Part shown: positions 17,524-26,889 of the stretch, piece after piece | How the letters are laid out: each line of letters begins with the position of its first letter | Position numbering within the stretch: position 1 is the stretch's first letter | Source: Saprospiraceae bacterium | Lineage (GTDB): Bacteria; Bacteroidota; Bacteroidia; Chitinophagales; Saprospiraceae | Direction of reading: 5' to 3' | Length of the DNA stretch: 57,707 nucleotides | NCBI GenBank assembly: GCA_019634275.1 | Contig: JAHQVP010000002.1 | Location: 1-57,707 of the forward strand | Made by a program: the position numbers and the translations under genes | Notes under the pieces: generated by a model | What the model was told of the DNA's origin: nothing | Databases searched by the model: none | What the model saw: the letters and a program-made list of their open reading frames with translations, nothing else

Positions 17524-18495
17524 ATGATGCTTAAGGTTCGTGTTATTCTATTGCTTGTTCTGCTTGGCCAATTATTATATGGGCAGCAGGCTCCGCAGTT
17601 TACCATGAATGTGATGAACAAATACAACATGAACCCAGCCTATGGGGGCATGGATGCTTCCCTTAGTGTCAATGCTTTCGTCAAGACCCAGTGGCAGCAG
17701 TTTCCTGGTCAACCTCGCTTTCAACACATCAATGCGCATATGCCCCTGTACATAGCCAATGGTGGCGTAGGCGTGAAGATTTACCGAGATCAAATTGGCG
17801 TAGAGCAAATGCTTGGTGCAGAGTTCTCTTTTAACTATGTCCTGGAGACTGATCTGGGTCTTTTTTCCGGCGGCTTGGGTTTGGGAATAAACCAGCTTCG
17901 CATCGATGGCAGCTTGTTACGAGCTCCCGATGGCATTTATGAAGGGAATACTATCGAGCACAATGACCCTATACTATCGAGCACACGGGGATCGGGACTG
18001 GCTCCAGCGATGTCTCTGGGTGTCTACTTTACCAACGATTTTTTGGAAGCAGGTCTTTCTGTTGATCAAGCTTTTGCAAGTGCGATCACTCTAAACAATC
18101 AAGAAGAAACTAGTTTTCAGCTCAAGCGCAACTTCTATTTTTTTGCAGAGTACAGCTATCAGTACAACGAGGCTGTTGAGGTGCTTCCGGCACTTTTGAT
18201 AAAATCAGATTTGGTTCAGACGCAAATCGATCTTTCTGCTCGCGTCGTCTACCAAGACTTGTACTTCGGTGGGTTGGCTTTCCGAGGCTACAGTGCCAAT
18301 ACGATAGATGCCATTGGGGTGATTTTGGGAACACGCATTAGTGCCAATCTCAGTATTGCCTATGCCTATGACGCAACCCTTTCAGACATTCGTTTGTTCT
18401 CTGATGGCACACATGAACTTCTCGTAAGTTACAACCTAAACAAGCCACTGGGACAAGGCAGGCCCGAAAGAATCATCTATAACCCCAGATTTTGA
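17524..18495 (+). CDS. porP: Type IX secretion system membrane protein, PorP/SprF family
   Basis: Signal peptide followed by QQAPQFTMNVMNKYNMNPAYGG, the family-typical N-terminus. Beta-barrel-like composition, C-terminal YNPRF. It sits directly upstream of gldK, as porP does in Porphyromonas. Confidence 0.85.
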   Translation: MMLKVRVILLLVLLGQLLYGQQAPQFTMNVMNKYNMNPAYGGMDASLSVNAFVKTQWQQFPGQPRFQHINAHMPLYIANGGVGVKIYRDQIGVEQMLGAEFSFNYVLETDLGLFSGGLGLGINQLRIDGSLLRAPDGIYEGNTIEHNDPILSSTRGSGLAPAMSLGVYFTNDFLEAGLSVDQAFASAITLNNQEETSFQLKRNFYFFAEYSYQYNEAVEVLPALLIKSDLVQTQIDLSARVVYQDLYFGGLAFRGYSANTIDAIGVILGTRISANLSIAYAYDATLSDIRLFSDGTHELLVSYNLNKPLGQGRPERIIYNPRF

Positions 18496-18616
18496 TTGTA
18501 CAAAAACCGCATTAAAATTATTTCAAGACAGAATATTGGCAAGAATGTTGACGTTAGCGATATGTGTTCGCCGACGTAGGTTCGGCGTGGGCTTTGAATA
18601 AAAGAACTATTGAATA

Positions 18617-18624
18617 TATCTTTG
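18617..18624 (+). promoter_or_regulatory. Candidate -7 promoter element (TAnnTTTG) upstream of gldK
   Basis: TATCTTTG, 42 nt upstream of the gldK ATG at 18666. Confidence 0.3.
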
Positions 18625-18665
18625 GGGCCTTTTAGATAGGAGCACGCTGCAAATTGACTCAAAAT

Positions 18666-19919
18666 ATGAATAAGATACTCGCTAGTTTCCTTGGTTTGAT
18701 GGTCATGTCTATGATCCTGCCATCATGCGGAAAAAGTGGCAAAGGCCTTGGTGAATTGACTGGTGTACCTGATCGTCCCAAGTGGAAAGCAGAGATCCCA
18801 TTTGGAATGGCTTATATCAAGTCTGGAACGTTTCAGGTGGGCAGTGGAGATGAAGACATTAGTCGCTACTATATATCCCGTCCCAAGACAATTTCCCTTC
18901 AAGGTTTCTACATGGATGAAACTGAAATCAGCAACAACGAGTACCGACAGTTTGTACACTGGGTGAGGGATTCCATTGCGCATTCCATCATGGGAGACTA
19001 CTACGAAGACGACTACGGCAATGAACGCATTGATTGGGAGCTCGATATAGATTGGTCCGACGAGACGTTAGAAGACATGTACTATTCTGGCGATGACATG
19101 GTCGGTACAAAACGAGAACTCGATGCACGGCAATTGGTCTACGGTTATGAGTGGATGGACTTTCAGGCGGCAGCCCGAGACCGAGGAAGATCTCCGCGGA
19201 GCTCTTTCATCAAGAAATTTAAGTTGAATATCTTCCCCGACACACTTTGCTGGATCAGGGACTTCTCCTATAGCTACAACGATCCCATCGCCAAGAACTA
19301 CTTTTCTCATCCTGCTTATGATGATTATCCAGTAGTTGGATTGACTTGGGCTCAGGCAAATGCCTTCTGCAACTGGCGAAGCTCACTCTGGAACAATTCT
19401 CGAGAAAACAGCTTTAACGATGAATTCCGACTGCCGACAGAGGTAGAATGGGAATATGCTGCTCGTGGCGGCAATCAAAATGCCATGTATCCTTGGGGTG
19501 ATCCGTATATACGCAATGCCAAGGGATGCCTGTTGGCAAACTTTAAGCCAGGTCGCGGAAATTATCCAGAGGATGGTGGACAATACACATTGCCTGTAGA
19601 TGCTTATGATCCCAATGGATATGGTCTGTACAATATGGCCGGTAACGTCTCAGAATGGACTCGCACGGCTTTTGTAGAGAATGCATATGGATTTATGCAC
19701 GATCTTAATCCAGACATTACCTACGAGGCAAGTGAGGACGACCCCGAGGCCTTTAAGCGAAAAGTGATCCGTGGCGGTTCATGGAAAGACATTGGGTATT
19801 TCCTCCGCGTCAATACCCGACATTGGGAGTACCAGGATACGTCCAAATCCTATATAGGATTTCGTTGTATTCTACCATACCAAGGTCGTTCGCTCAATGA
19901 TTTCAGAGGTGGTCGATAG
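18666..19919 (+). CDS. gldK: T9SS / gliding lipoprotein GldK (PorK), FGE-sulfatase fold
   Basis: Lipobox MILPSCGK. Formylglycine-generating-enzyme-like domain (YPVVGLTWAQANAFCNW, GYGLYNMAGNVSEW, RGGSWKD, GFRC). First gene of the K-L-M-N order. Confidence 0.93.
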   Translation: MNKILASFLGLMVMSMILPSCGKSGKGLGELTGVPDRPKWKAEIPFGMAYIKSGTFQVGSGDEDISRYYISRPKTISLQGFYMDETEISNNEYRQFVHWVRDSIAHSIMGDYYEDDYGNERIDWELDIDWSDETLEDMYYSGDDMVGTKRELDARQLVYGYEWMDFQAAARDRGRSPRSSFIKKFKLNIFPDTLCWIRDFSYSYNDPIAKNYFSHPAYDDYPVVGLTWAQANAFCNWRSSLWNNSRENSFNDEFRLPTEVEWEYAARGGNQNAMYPWGDPYIRNAKGCLLANFKPGRGNYPEDGGQYTLPVDAYDPNGYGLYNMAGNVSEWTRTAFVENAYGFMHDLNPDITYEASEDDPEAFKRKVIRGGSWKDIGYFLRVNTRHWEYQDTSKSYIGFRCILPYQGRSLNDFRGGR

Positions 19920-20043
19920 GCAGCCTCACACAACCCTACATTTAACCGGTAATTTTTGTGCCCAAGGCACTAATAAGTCCCAATGCGTCGTATAAGAAGC
20001 ACACTTTTACTATTTGCGAAAATTTAAAATCTCTTGATAAGAA

Positions 20044-20637
20044 ATGGCAATCCATAAGAAACCTTGGTTCAAATACCTAAAGAACCTCATTATCGGTGTA
20101 GGGGCCGCACTTGTTATGATGGGTGCATTGGGCAAAATCAATAGCGAACCATGGGGTGGTACCATGATTACCGTTGGTTTGGTAACCGAAGCATTCTTGT
20201 TCCTGATCCTCGGCATCATTCCTCCGGAAAAAGATTACTACTGGGACAAATTGTATCCTGGACTTTCGGACTACAATGCAAATGTTACCCCACTTACCGA
20301 TGGCCCTGCGCAGTCCACTGCACCGTCAGTACGTCGACTAGACGGAGAGAAGGTAGAAACACAACTGGATGGAATGCTTGAAGAACTGCGTGGAATGAAG
20401 ACCAGCCTGGGTTCTTTAAAGGCACTTCAGGAAGTTGACTTCAGCCAGACGGCTCAGCAAGTTAAGACCATGAATAACTTCTACACCAAGTTGAATGAAG
20501 CCATGGCAGAATTGACGGATACGGTAGATGATACCAAGCAGTACAAGGAGCATATGGACTCCCTAAATAAGCACTTGAGCTCGCTGAATACGGTATACGG
20601 CAACATGCTCACTGCAATGGCGCCTCCCCGAGGATAA
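20044..20637 (+). CDS. gldL: T9SS / gliding motor protein GldL (PorL)
   Basis: Two N-terminal TM helices with the conserved intramembrane Glu (GLVTEAFLFLILG), followed by a cytoplasmic coiled-coil tail. Correct position in the operon. Confidence 0.92.
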   Translation: MAIHKKPWFKYLKNLIIGVGAALVMMGALGKINSEPWGGTMITVGLVTEAFLFLILGIIPPEKDYYWDKLYPGLSDYNANVTPLTDGPAQSTAPSVRRLDGEKVETQLDGMLEELRGMKTSLGSLKALQEVDFSQTAQQVKTMNNFYTKLNEAMAELTDTVDDTKQYKEHMDSLNKHLSSLNTVYGNMLTAMAPPRG

Positions 20638-20669
20638 TTCAATTGGATCACTAGTAAGTAGAATCACGT

Positions 20670-22262
20670 ATGTCGATACCAAAGGAACCGCGCCAGCTCA
20701 TGATCAACATCATGTATCTGGTACTTACTGCCTTACTGGCGCTCAATGTGTCCGCTGAGATATTCAACGCATTCAAGGTCGTTGACCAGGGGTTGAAATC
20801 CAGCAATAAAGCTTTGGATGATTCCAATGCAAAATTGCCAGACATCATTAAGGAAAGGGCAAAAAAAACAAAAGAGCTGGAAAAGTATGCAGAGCGCGTA
20901 GATCCAGCACGCCAACTTAGCCGAGAATTCACTACCTACATCGACGGGATTGTTGATCATATGATCGATCAGTCTGGTGACGCCAATGGCGTACATGATG
21001 ATGGTGATTATCGTGATGTTAAGGGGGTTAAGGAACTTAAGGGCAAGAAAGACAAGGACATCACCACCCGCTATTTAGTGGAGGATGATAAGAAAGGTGC
21101 TGAGTTAAAGGAAAAGGTGATGGAATACCGCACCAAGTTCCTGGAGTTAATTGATGATGAAGATAAGGCGGCTTTTGAACGAGAGATCGCCATGGGCATC
21201 GACGATGAGACCTGGCGAAACTCAGCCAACACCAAGAAGAACACCAACTGGGAAACCTTTAACTTTCGGCAGATGCCCCTGGCAGCAACCATGCCGATAT
21301 TTAGCAAGTTTAAGAATGATGCCAAAGCGACGGAAGCGGCGATCCTAAACTACTTACAAGGAAAGGTTGGAGGAGAAGAAATTGTTCTGGACCAATTTAC
21401 AGTCGTCTCAGCGCCTAAGAAATCCTATGTCATCAAAGGGGAAACCTTCGAGACGGATGTCTTCCTTAGTGCCTCTGCTTCTGCCAACTCGAATACAGGC
21501 ATTAGCATGCGCATCAACGGAAGCCCCGCAACCATAGATGAGAATGGCGTAGCAAAATGGCGCGCTCCGGCCAGTTCCGTTGGGATCAAACGATACAATG
21601 CAGAAATTACCACTACCAATCCCACTACTGGCGAGGTCAAGACGTACACCAATAGTTTTGAGTATGAGGTGGGAGAAAGATCGGTTACTGTATCTCCAAC
21701 TAAGATGAATGTCTTCTACATAGGAGTGGAAAATCCCGTGGAGATATCCGCTGCCGGCATTTCGAGCAATGACATGAAAGTCAGTATGAGCGGTGCTGGG
21801 GGAGGAACCATCAGCCGCAAGGATGGAGGTTTTGTAGTGAATGTGAATAAGCAAACACGCAAAGGAGAATTTGCCAAGATCAATGTATCGGCTCCCGGTA
21901 TCTCCGTTTCAAAGGATTTTCGCGTGAAGCGTATTCCTGATCCGATCGTGACCCTTTCCGGTAAGCAACCCACCTCAATGGGCAATGGGGAATTTAAAGC
22001 ACAGGGAGCATTGATTCCTGTACTGCAAGGCTTTGACTTTGATGCCCGATGCAACATTGTAGGCTTTAACTTTTACCGTTCGGCCAAGCGCCAGGATCCA
22101 GAGACAAGCGTCAATAAGGGAGGGAGTTTTACCGCCAATACCAAGAACATTCAAATGAAAGCGAAACCAGGTGATATTTTTCTCTTTGAGGGAATTAAAT
22201 GTCGCTGCCCTGGAGATGTCGCTAATCGCCCACTGCCCAATATGGTGGTGCGGATAAAGTAA
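20670..22262 (+). CDS. gldM: T9SS / gliding motor protein GldM (PorM)
   Basis: N-terminal PRQLMINIMYLVLTALLALNVS (single TM helix with a conserved Arg), followed by a long periplasmic region. 530 aa. Confidence 0.92.
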   Translation: MSIPKEPRQLMINIMYLVLTALLALNVSAEIFNAFKVVDQGLKSSNKALDDSNAKLPDIIKERAKKTKELEKYAERVDPARQLSREFTTYIDGIVDHMIDQSGDANGVHDDGDYRDVKGVKELKGKKDKDITTRYLVEDDKKGAELKEKVMEYRTKFLELIDDEDKAAFEREIAMGIDDETWRNSANTKKNTNWETFNFRQMPLAATMPIFSKFKNDAKATEAAILNYLQGKVGGEEIVLDQFTVVSAPKKSYVIKGETFETDVFLSASASANSNTGISMRINGSPATIDENGVAKWRAPASSVGIKRYNAEITTTNPTTGEVKTYTNSFEYEVGERSVTVSPTKMNVFYIGVENPVEISAAGISSNDMKVSMSGAGGGTISRKDGGFVVNVNKQTRKGEFAKINVSAPGISVSKDFRVKRIPDPIVTLSGKQPTSMGNGEFKAQGALIPVLQGFDFDARCNIVGFNFYRSAKRQDPETSVNKGGSFTANTKNIQMKAKPGDIFLFEGIKCRCPGDVANRPLPNMVVRIK

Positions 22263-22263
22263 G

Positions 22264-23169
22264 ATGTACATGAAAGCTGCACATATCAAAATCTTGACGA
22301 TCTGCGCCATCTTTTTAGGGGGGGCATTGCAATTGCATGCTCAGATCGCAGAAGAAATATTGACGGAATCATCTGAGCCCGAAGAGGTAGAAGAAATTAT
22401 GATCACTCCTCTGGATGACATCGTGCCAAAGCGTATTTTGAAAGAACGGATGGTACTGCCTTATGACCCGATCCGGGAGGCTGATCTCTTCTGGGAAAAG
22501 AGAATCTGGCGGGTTTTGGACATCAGAGAAAAAATCAACCGAACGTTTTCTTATCCCATCATGCCTTTCTTCTCCATTTTGATGAATGGTGTGAGCGAGG
22601 GTGATCTTTCGGCATATGCAGACGAAAAATTTACCAATCTGATGGGCGCGGATCAGATTCAGGAGATTTTGTACCGGGTAGATACGGTCTTTGTGACGAA
22701 TCCTGAGACTTTCGAGGATGAGATGAAATTGGTGCCGAATGAGATCAATCCCGAGGATGTAAAGCGATTTCGCGTGAAGGAGATCTGGTTTTTTGATGAG
22801 GAGTCCTCCAAATTTATGGTTCGCATCATGGGCATCTCACCGGTCATTGATAAGTACGACGACAATGGAGAATTCCTATTTGAACAACCCCTGTTTTGGA
22901 TTCACTATCCGAGCTCACGCGAGTTCCTGGCACGACACAAGGCCTATATCTCCGGAAACGATGCCAATCCATTGTCCTGGGAAGACCTCTTTGAGATGAG
23001 AATCTTTTCCTCCTACATCTACAAGGAATCAAATGTTGATGATGCGCGACTGGTCGATATTCCTTCATTGGCTGGAAAGGATCTGAATTCGGGAGTGCAG
23101 CGGCTGCTGGAATCGGAAAAAATCAAGCAAGAGCTCTTCAATTTTGAACATGATCTCTGGAGCTACTAG
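22264..23169 (+). CDS. gldN: T9SS / gliding periplasmic ring protein GldN (PorN)
   Basis: Starts 1 nt after the gldM stop. Signal peptide ...ALQLHAQ. Conserved RVKEIWFFDEESSKFMVRIMGISPV block. Confidence 0.9.
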   Translation: MYMKAAHIKILTICAIFLGGALQLHAQIAEEILTESSEPEEVEEIMITPLDDIVPKRILKERMVLPYDPIREADLFWEKRIWRVLDIREKINRTFSYPIMPFFSILMNGVSEGDLSAYADEKFTNLMGADQIQEILYRVDTVFVTNPETFEDEMKLVPNEINPEDVKRFRVKEIWFFDEESSKFMVRIMGISPVIDKYDDNGEFLFEQPLFWIHYPSSREFLARHKAYISGNDANPLSWEDLFEMRIFSSYIYKESNVDDARLVDIPSLAGKDLNSGVQRLLESEKIKQELFNFEHDLWSY

Positions 23170-23195
23170 GAAAGCTCAGATAAAAACATAGATGA

Positions 23196-23226
23196 AGCCA
23201 CCTGATCCAATCAGGTGGCTTTTTTT
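23196..23226. terminator. Rho-independent terminator between convergent gldN and the glycosyltransferase operon
   Basis: Perfect 10-bp stem AGCCACCTGA / TCAGGTGGCT with the 5-nt loop TCCAA, followed by TTTTTT on the + strand. Confidence 0.85.
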
Positions 23227-23235
23227 GTTAGGCCT

Positions 23236-24576
23236 CTAAGGGCGCAGAGATCGAAAGAACCGTAGGAATCGTATGGCCAACGACCTCACCATTGGCACCC
23301 TAAAGACTTCCAGGTAAAGCAAGGTGAGTACGCAGATGTACTCAAGGACCACGATGCCCATTCTTTCGTGATAGCCATCTCCCCAGTAATTGATGTAGGT
23401 GAGTGTAATCAGTCCCGACCAAAAAAGAGGATACCGAAAACGCGTGAAGATGCACAGCACGATGGGCAGCGCCAGGTACCATGGATGAATGGTTGTAGTC
23501 AACAATAGATAGATGGTGAAAGCAAGCAACGCGGACTCAAAGAATGTGCGCATGGTGCGTTTTCTTTCAAATAGTGCGAGTGATAATATCGCCACTAGCG
23601 CAATCACCGACAGCCAGGGCCCAATGCTGGCGATCATGTTATATCCTCGATACCAGTAGCCTACTTCTCTAGCCAAGTAGTAGATGCTAGCATTAAATTC
23701 GAACTTACGGAAGTACAGATCCAAACTGCTGGCAAATTTCTCAACAACAGTGAGATCGATCAGTGATGAAAAGCCGACCAATAGTGTGATGGCAATGGCC
23801 CCAAATCCCACCAGTATGTTTTTCCAATGTGCGCGAAGGAGAAGGAAAGGAAGAAACATTAGGGGTAAGAGTTTGGTCAGGATAGAAAGTCCGAATAAGA
23901 TACCAAAGAACATATGTCGTTTTCGAGCAAAAAACCACAGACCGGCGATCATAAAGAAAATCATGATCGCTTCAAAGTGAAGATTGCCGCACAGTTCTAC
24001 GATAATAAGGGGATTAAGGGCATACAGCAAGACCCGTTTGAGCGGTAGTCCAAGCTGTTGAACAAACTTCATCAAAATGTAGATGGTCCCGATTTCAGAG
24101 AATAGAAACACCAACTTGAGCGCAACAGATGCCCAGTAAGGGCTGGTGGGAAATAGCCATGTCACAAAGGCAAACAAGCCTTGACAGACGGGGGGGTAGA
24201 TGGAGTAGTATTCGGGTGAATTAAGCCGCGGGTACAGCGCTGAAAGTGCTTCGTTGGCGTTACCTACACTTAGCCATTCGGAAGGCGTATACAAGAAGGG
24301 ATTGATGCCATCATTGAGCAAATGTCCATCCCAAAGAAAACGATAGATGTCGTCGGATAGATTTGGGAAGGCAAATACCGTCACGAATCGCACCACAACA
24401 CTGAGAAAAATCAAGAAGAGGACGTCGGAATGGCTTCGAAAATACCGGTATGAGAACAGATAAAGGCCAAAGAGTACCGTATACGGAAGGGAAATTTTAA
24501 GGAAATCACTCTGCGATGGAATGTAGACCAAGATGGCGGTCGTGCAAATCCACAGAATGGAAATCAGAAGTCTCAA
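23236..24576 (-). CDS. Polytopic GT-C-like membrane glycosyltransferase (PIG-M / GT87 / DUF2029-like)
   Basis: At least 10 predicted TM helices. First-loop acidic motif LSDDIYRFLWDGHLLNDGINPFLYTP and a C-terminal IHPWYL motif, typical of polyprenyl-phosphate-sugar-dependent mannosyltransferase-like proteins. Confidence 0.65.
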   Translation of the reverse strand: MRLLISILWICTTAILVYIPSQSDFLKISLPYTVLFGLYLFSYRYFRSHSDVLFLIFLSVVVRFVTVFAFPNLSDDIYRFLWDGHLLNDGINPFLYTPSEWLSVGNANEALSALYPRLNSPEYYSIYPPVCQGLFAFVTWLFPTSPYWASVALKLVFLFSEIGTIYILMKFVQQLGLPLKRVLLYALNPLIIVELCGNLHFEAIMIFFMIAGLWFFARKRHMFFGILFGLSILTKLLPLMFLPFLLLRAHWKNILVGFGAIAITLLVGFSSLIDLTVVEKFASSLDLYFRKFEFNASIYYLAREVGYWYRGYNMIASIGPWLSVIALVAILSLALFERKRTMRTFFESALLAFTIYLLLTTTIHPWYLALPIVLCIFTRFRYPLFWSGLITLTYINYWGDGYHERMGIVVLEYICVLTLLYLEVFRVPMVRSLAIRFLRFFRSLRP

Positions 24577-24583
24577 ATAACGG

Positions 24584-26071
24584 CTACTTTATGGACAAAT
24601 GCTTAATGGAAAAATAAAAAATAGCTCCGTAGCCCGCTGCCAGAAGGCCATGAAAAAGAATCAGGGATGTGTCTTCAATATAGACGCCCAAAAATATGCC
24701 TGCCGCGAAGTAGAGGCTCATCACGCCTTCGGCTATGGTGGTCCAACTAAGCCTTCCCGAAAAGTAGGCGCGCTTGCGAAAGGAATCTTGTAAGCCCTTA
24801 ATGTTAAATTTTGGGGTTCTGACAAAAGCACTCTTTTTTCCCAGCCATCCCTGTATGACGGCTACGGAATTGTGTAGGGACAGTCCCATAGACATGGCGA
24901 GAAAAATGGGAAACATAAATACGAACTTGACGATCTGTCGTCCCAGTGATCCATCATGAGGACTCGTGTGCTGGTTGCGAACGTTGGCAGCGAAATACAC
25001 ACAAATGATGGAGAGCGTGCCGATGATAAAGAAGGAAAACATGCTTCCGTCAAAACCCAGCGATTGCAGAGCGATTAAAAGGGGTACACTCAAGACCCCA
25101 AGTGCAAAAACAAATACAAAGACGGTGCTGGCCAGTAGATGCAGTGTACCATGAATCTTTGCTCCCTTAGGCAAGTCCGATTTCCATATCACGGGCAGCA
25201 TTTTGCGAGCTGTTTCTGCTCCTCCCTTCATCCATCTAAACTGTTGTGATTTTAGGCCGTTCATTTCTGCCGGAAGCTCAGCTGGGGATCCGACTTCCTC
25301 TAGATATCGGATCTTCCATCCTTTGAGTTGAGCTCGTATACTTAGATCGAGGTCTTCGGTAAGGGTGTCATCGTGCCAACCTCCCGCTTCAGCAATTGTG
25401 GACTTACGCCACACACCGGCGGTGCCATTGAATTGCAGCATGAAGTTTGCGGCACTCCGGCCCTTTTGTTCGATGGTAAAATGTACGTTAAGTTGGAGCG
25501 CCTGCAACTCCGTGATGAGAGAGTAGTTCTTGTTAATGTGTTCCCAACGAGTTTGTACTACTCCCACATTTGGATCTTGGAAGTAAGGTATGGTCGTTTT
25601 CAGGAAGTCGGGATTTGGCGTAAAATCAGCATCGAAAATGGCCATAAACTCGCCTCGGGCCTTATCCATGGCATCTTTAAGAGCACCTGCTTTATATCCA
25701 CGTCGGTCTTTGCGTCTGATTTGTTCAATGTTGAAACCTGCTTGCTGGTACGATTGGATGTGTTTGGCCACAATGTCTACGGTCTCATCAGTCGAATCAT
25801 CCAAGATGTGAATTTCGAATCGATCTTTGGGATAATCAAAGGCACATACACTGTCAATTAGGCGTTCGACGACGTACTGTTCATTGTAAATGGGCAACTG
25901 AACCGTGACAAATGGCACTTCATGGGACTCATTTGAGTCGCTGCCCGCAGCAGGTGAGGCAGATTGGCGCCGATAGTGGTACAAAAGCTGAAATTGCATG
26001 AGGCAGTACAGCGTGATGTACACAAGAATTAAGAGATAGGTGGCCAGCAATGTATAGTAAACGATGGTCAT
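24584..26071 (-). CDS. Membrane-embedded processive GT2 glycosyltransferase (cellulose-synthase / CslA-like)
   Basis: VTVQLPIYNE, ILDDSTD, FDADF, TEDLDLS and QQFRWMKG (D,D,D,QxxRW signature), flanked by N- and C-terminal TM helices. 495 aa. Confidence 0.85.
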   Translation of the reverse strand: MTIVYYTLLATYLLILVYITLYCLMQFQLLYHYRRQSASPAAGSDSNESHEVPFVTVQLPIYNEQYVVERLIDSVCAFDYPKDRFEIHILDDSTDETVDIVAKHIQSYQQAGFNIEQIRRKDRRGYKAGALKDAMDKARGEFMAIFDADFTPNPDFLKTTIPYFQDPNVGVVQTRWEHINKNYSLITELQALQLNVHFTIEQKGRSAANFMLQFNGTAGVWRKSTIAEAGGWHDDTLTEDLDLSIRAQLKGWKIRYLEEVGSPAELPAEMNGLKSQQFRWMKGGAETARKMLPVIWKSDLPKGAKIHGTLHLLASTVFVFVFALGVLSVPLLIALQSLGFDGSMFSFFIIGTLSIICVYFAANVRNQHTSPHDGSLGRQIVKFVFMFPIFLAMSMGLSLHNSVAVIQGWLGKKSAFVRTPKFNIKGLQDSFRKRAYFSGRLSWTTIAEGVMSLYFAAGIFLGVYIEDTSLILFHGLLAAGYGAIFYFSIKHLSIK

Positions 26072-26074
26072 CCT

Positions 26075-26758
26075 TTATAGAAGTTTAAATATGGTCCAGA
26101 GTATCTTATGTCCGGCAAGTATGGTGCCCCTGATGGTGCCAGATACCTTCGAAACTCCGATTCGTTTGCGATAGGTAACCGGTACTTCCATGCAGCGCAG
26201 TTTGTGTTTTGCAGCTTTCACTTGCATTTCCACGGTCCAGCCAAAGTCTCGGTCTCGCATATCAAGGGCCAACAAGGCCTCATATCGGATGGCCCGAAAC
26301 GGCCCCAGGTCCGTGAATGAATAACGATAGAATAACCGAATGAGGTTTGTTGCCAGCCAGTTTCCGAAGATTTGTTGCGGTTGCATGGCTCCTGCTTCCA
26401 TCGGACCCAACGCACGTGAGCCAATGACCAAGTCATGCGTGCCATTCAAGATGGGCTCGACGATTTGAGGCATCTCTTCCGGATGATCCGAATAGTCGCC
26501 GTCTAGAAAGACCACGATGTCAGGGGACTGCTCCATCTCCGCAATGGACGCCAGTCCCTGCAAGCAGGCATTGCCATATCCTGGTGTAGGAGCATCTACC
26601 ACAATCGCTCCTCCCTTACGTGCGCGGTCTGCAGTCTCATCCGTACTGGCATTGTTGCACACAAACACATGGCGAACCAACTGCTTCGGAATGTCCGCTA
26701 AGACGAAAGGAATACTTTCTTCTTCATTATAGGCCGGTATGACGACGTCAATGATCAT
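26075..26758 (-). CDS. GT2 polyprenyl-phosphate glycosyltransferase (DPM1/GtrB-like)
   Basis: Start placed at MIIDVVIPAYNEEESIP. LDGDYSD DxD motif. Soluble, about 227 aa. The track ORF extends a further 27 codons upstream. Confidence 0.8.
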   Translation of the reverse strand: MIIDVVIPAYNEEESIPFVLADIPKQLVRHVFVCNNASTDETADRARKGGAIVVDAPTPGYGNACLQGLASIAEMEQSPDIVVFLDGDYSDHPEEMPQIVEPILNGTHDLVIGSRALGPMEAGAMQPQQIFGNWLATNLIRLFYRYSFTDLGPFRAIRYEALLALDMRDRDFGWTVEMQVKAAKHKLRCMEVPVTYRKRIGVSKVSGTIRGTILAGHKILWTIFKLL

Positions 26759-26889
26759 TTGTGTGAGGCCATGCTCAAGGCGGGCAAAAGTAGGATAAAT
26801 CTGAGTGCAAAAGGGTAGTGCTGAGGACATGTCAGACACACTATTACGGAACCCATTTCGTTTTTGGTCGGGATGACTACATTTGCCTC

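Noticed and set aside
18569-18587. A short hairpin CGCCGA-N7-TCGGCG between porP and gldK, considered as a possible terminator.
   Set aside because: It has only a 6-bp stem, a large loop and no U-tract. porP and gldK are expected to be co-expressed, and the evidence is too weak to call.
20866-20873. Homopolymer tracts inside surface-machinery genes: A8 in gldM (20866..20873), A8 in porX (46871..46878), and G7 in the GT-C-like gene (24190..24196). These were considered as possible phase-variation switches.
   Set aside because: The tracts are short (7-8 nt), encode ordinary Lys/Pro codons in frame, and are below the lengths usually associated with slipped-strand switching. This cannot be excluded without population sequencing.
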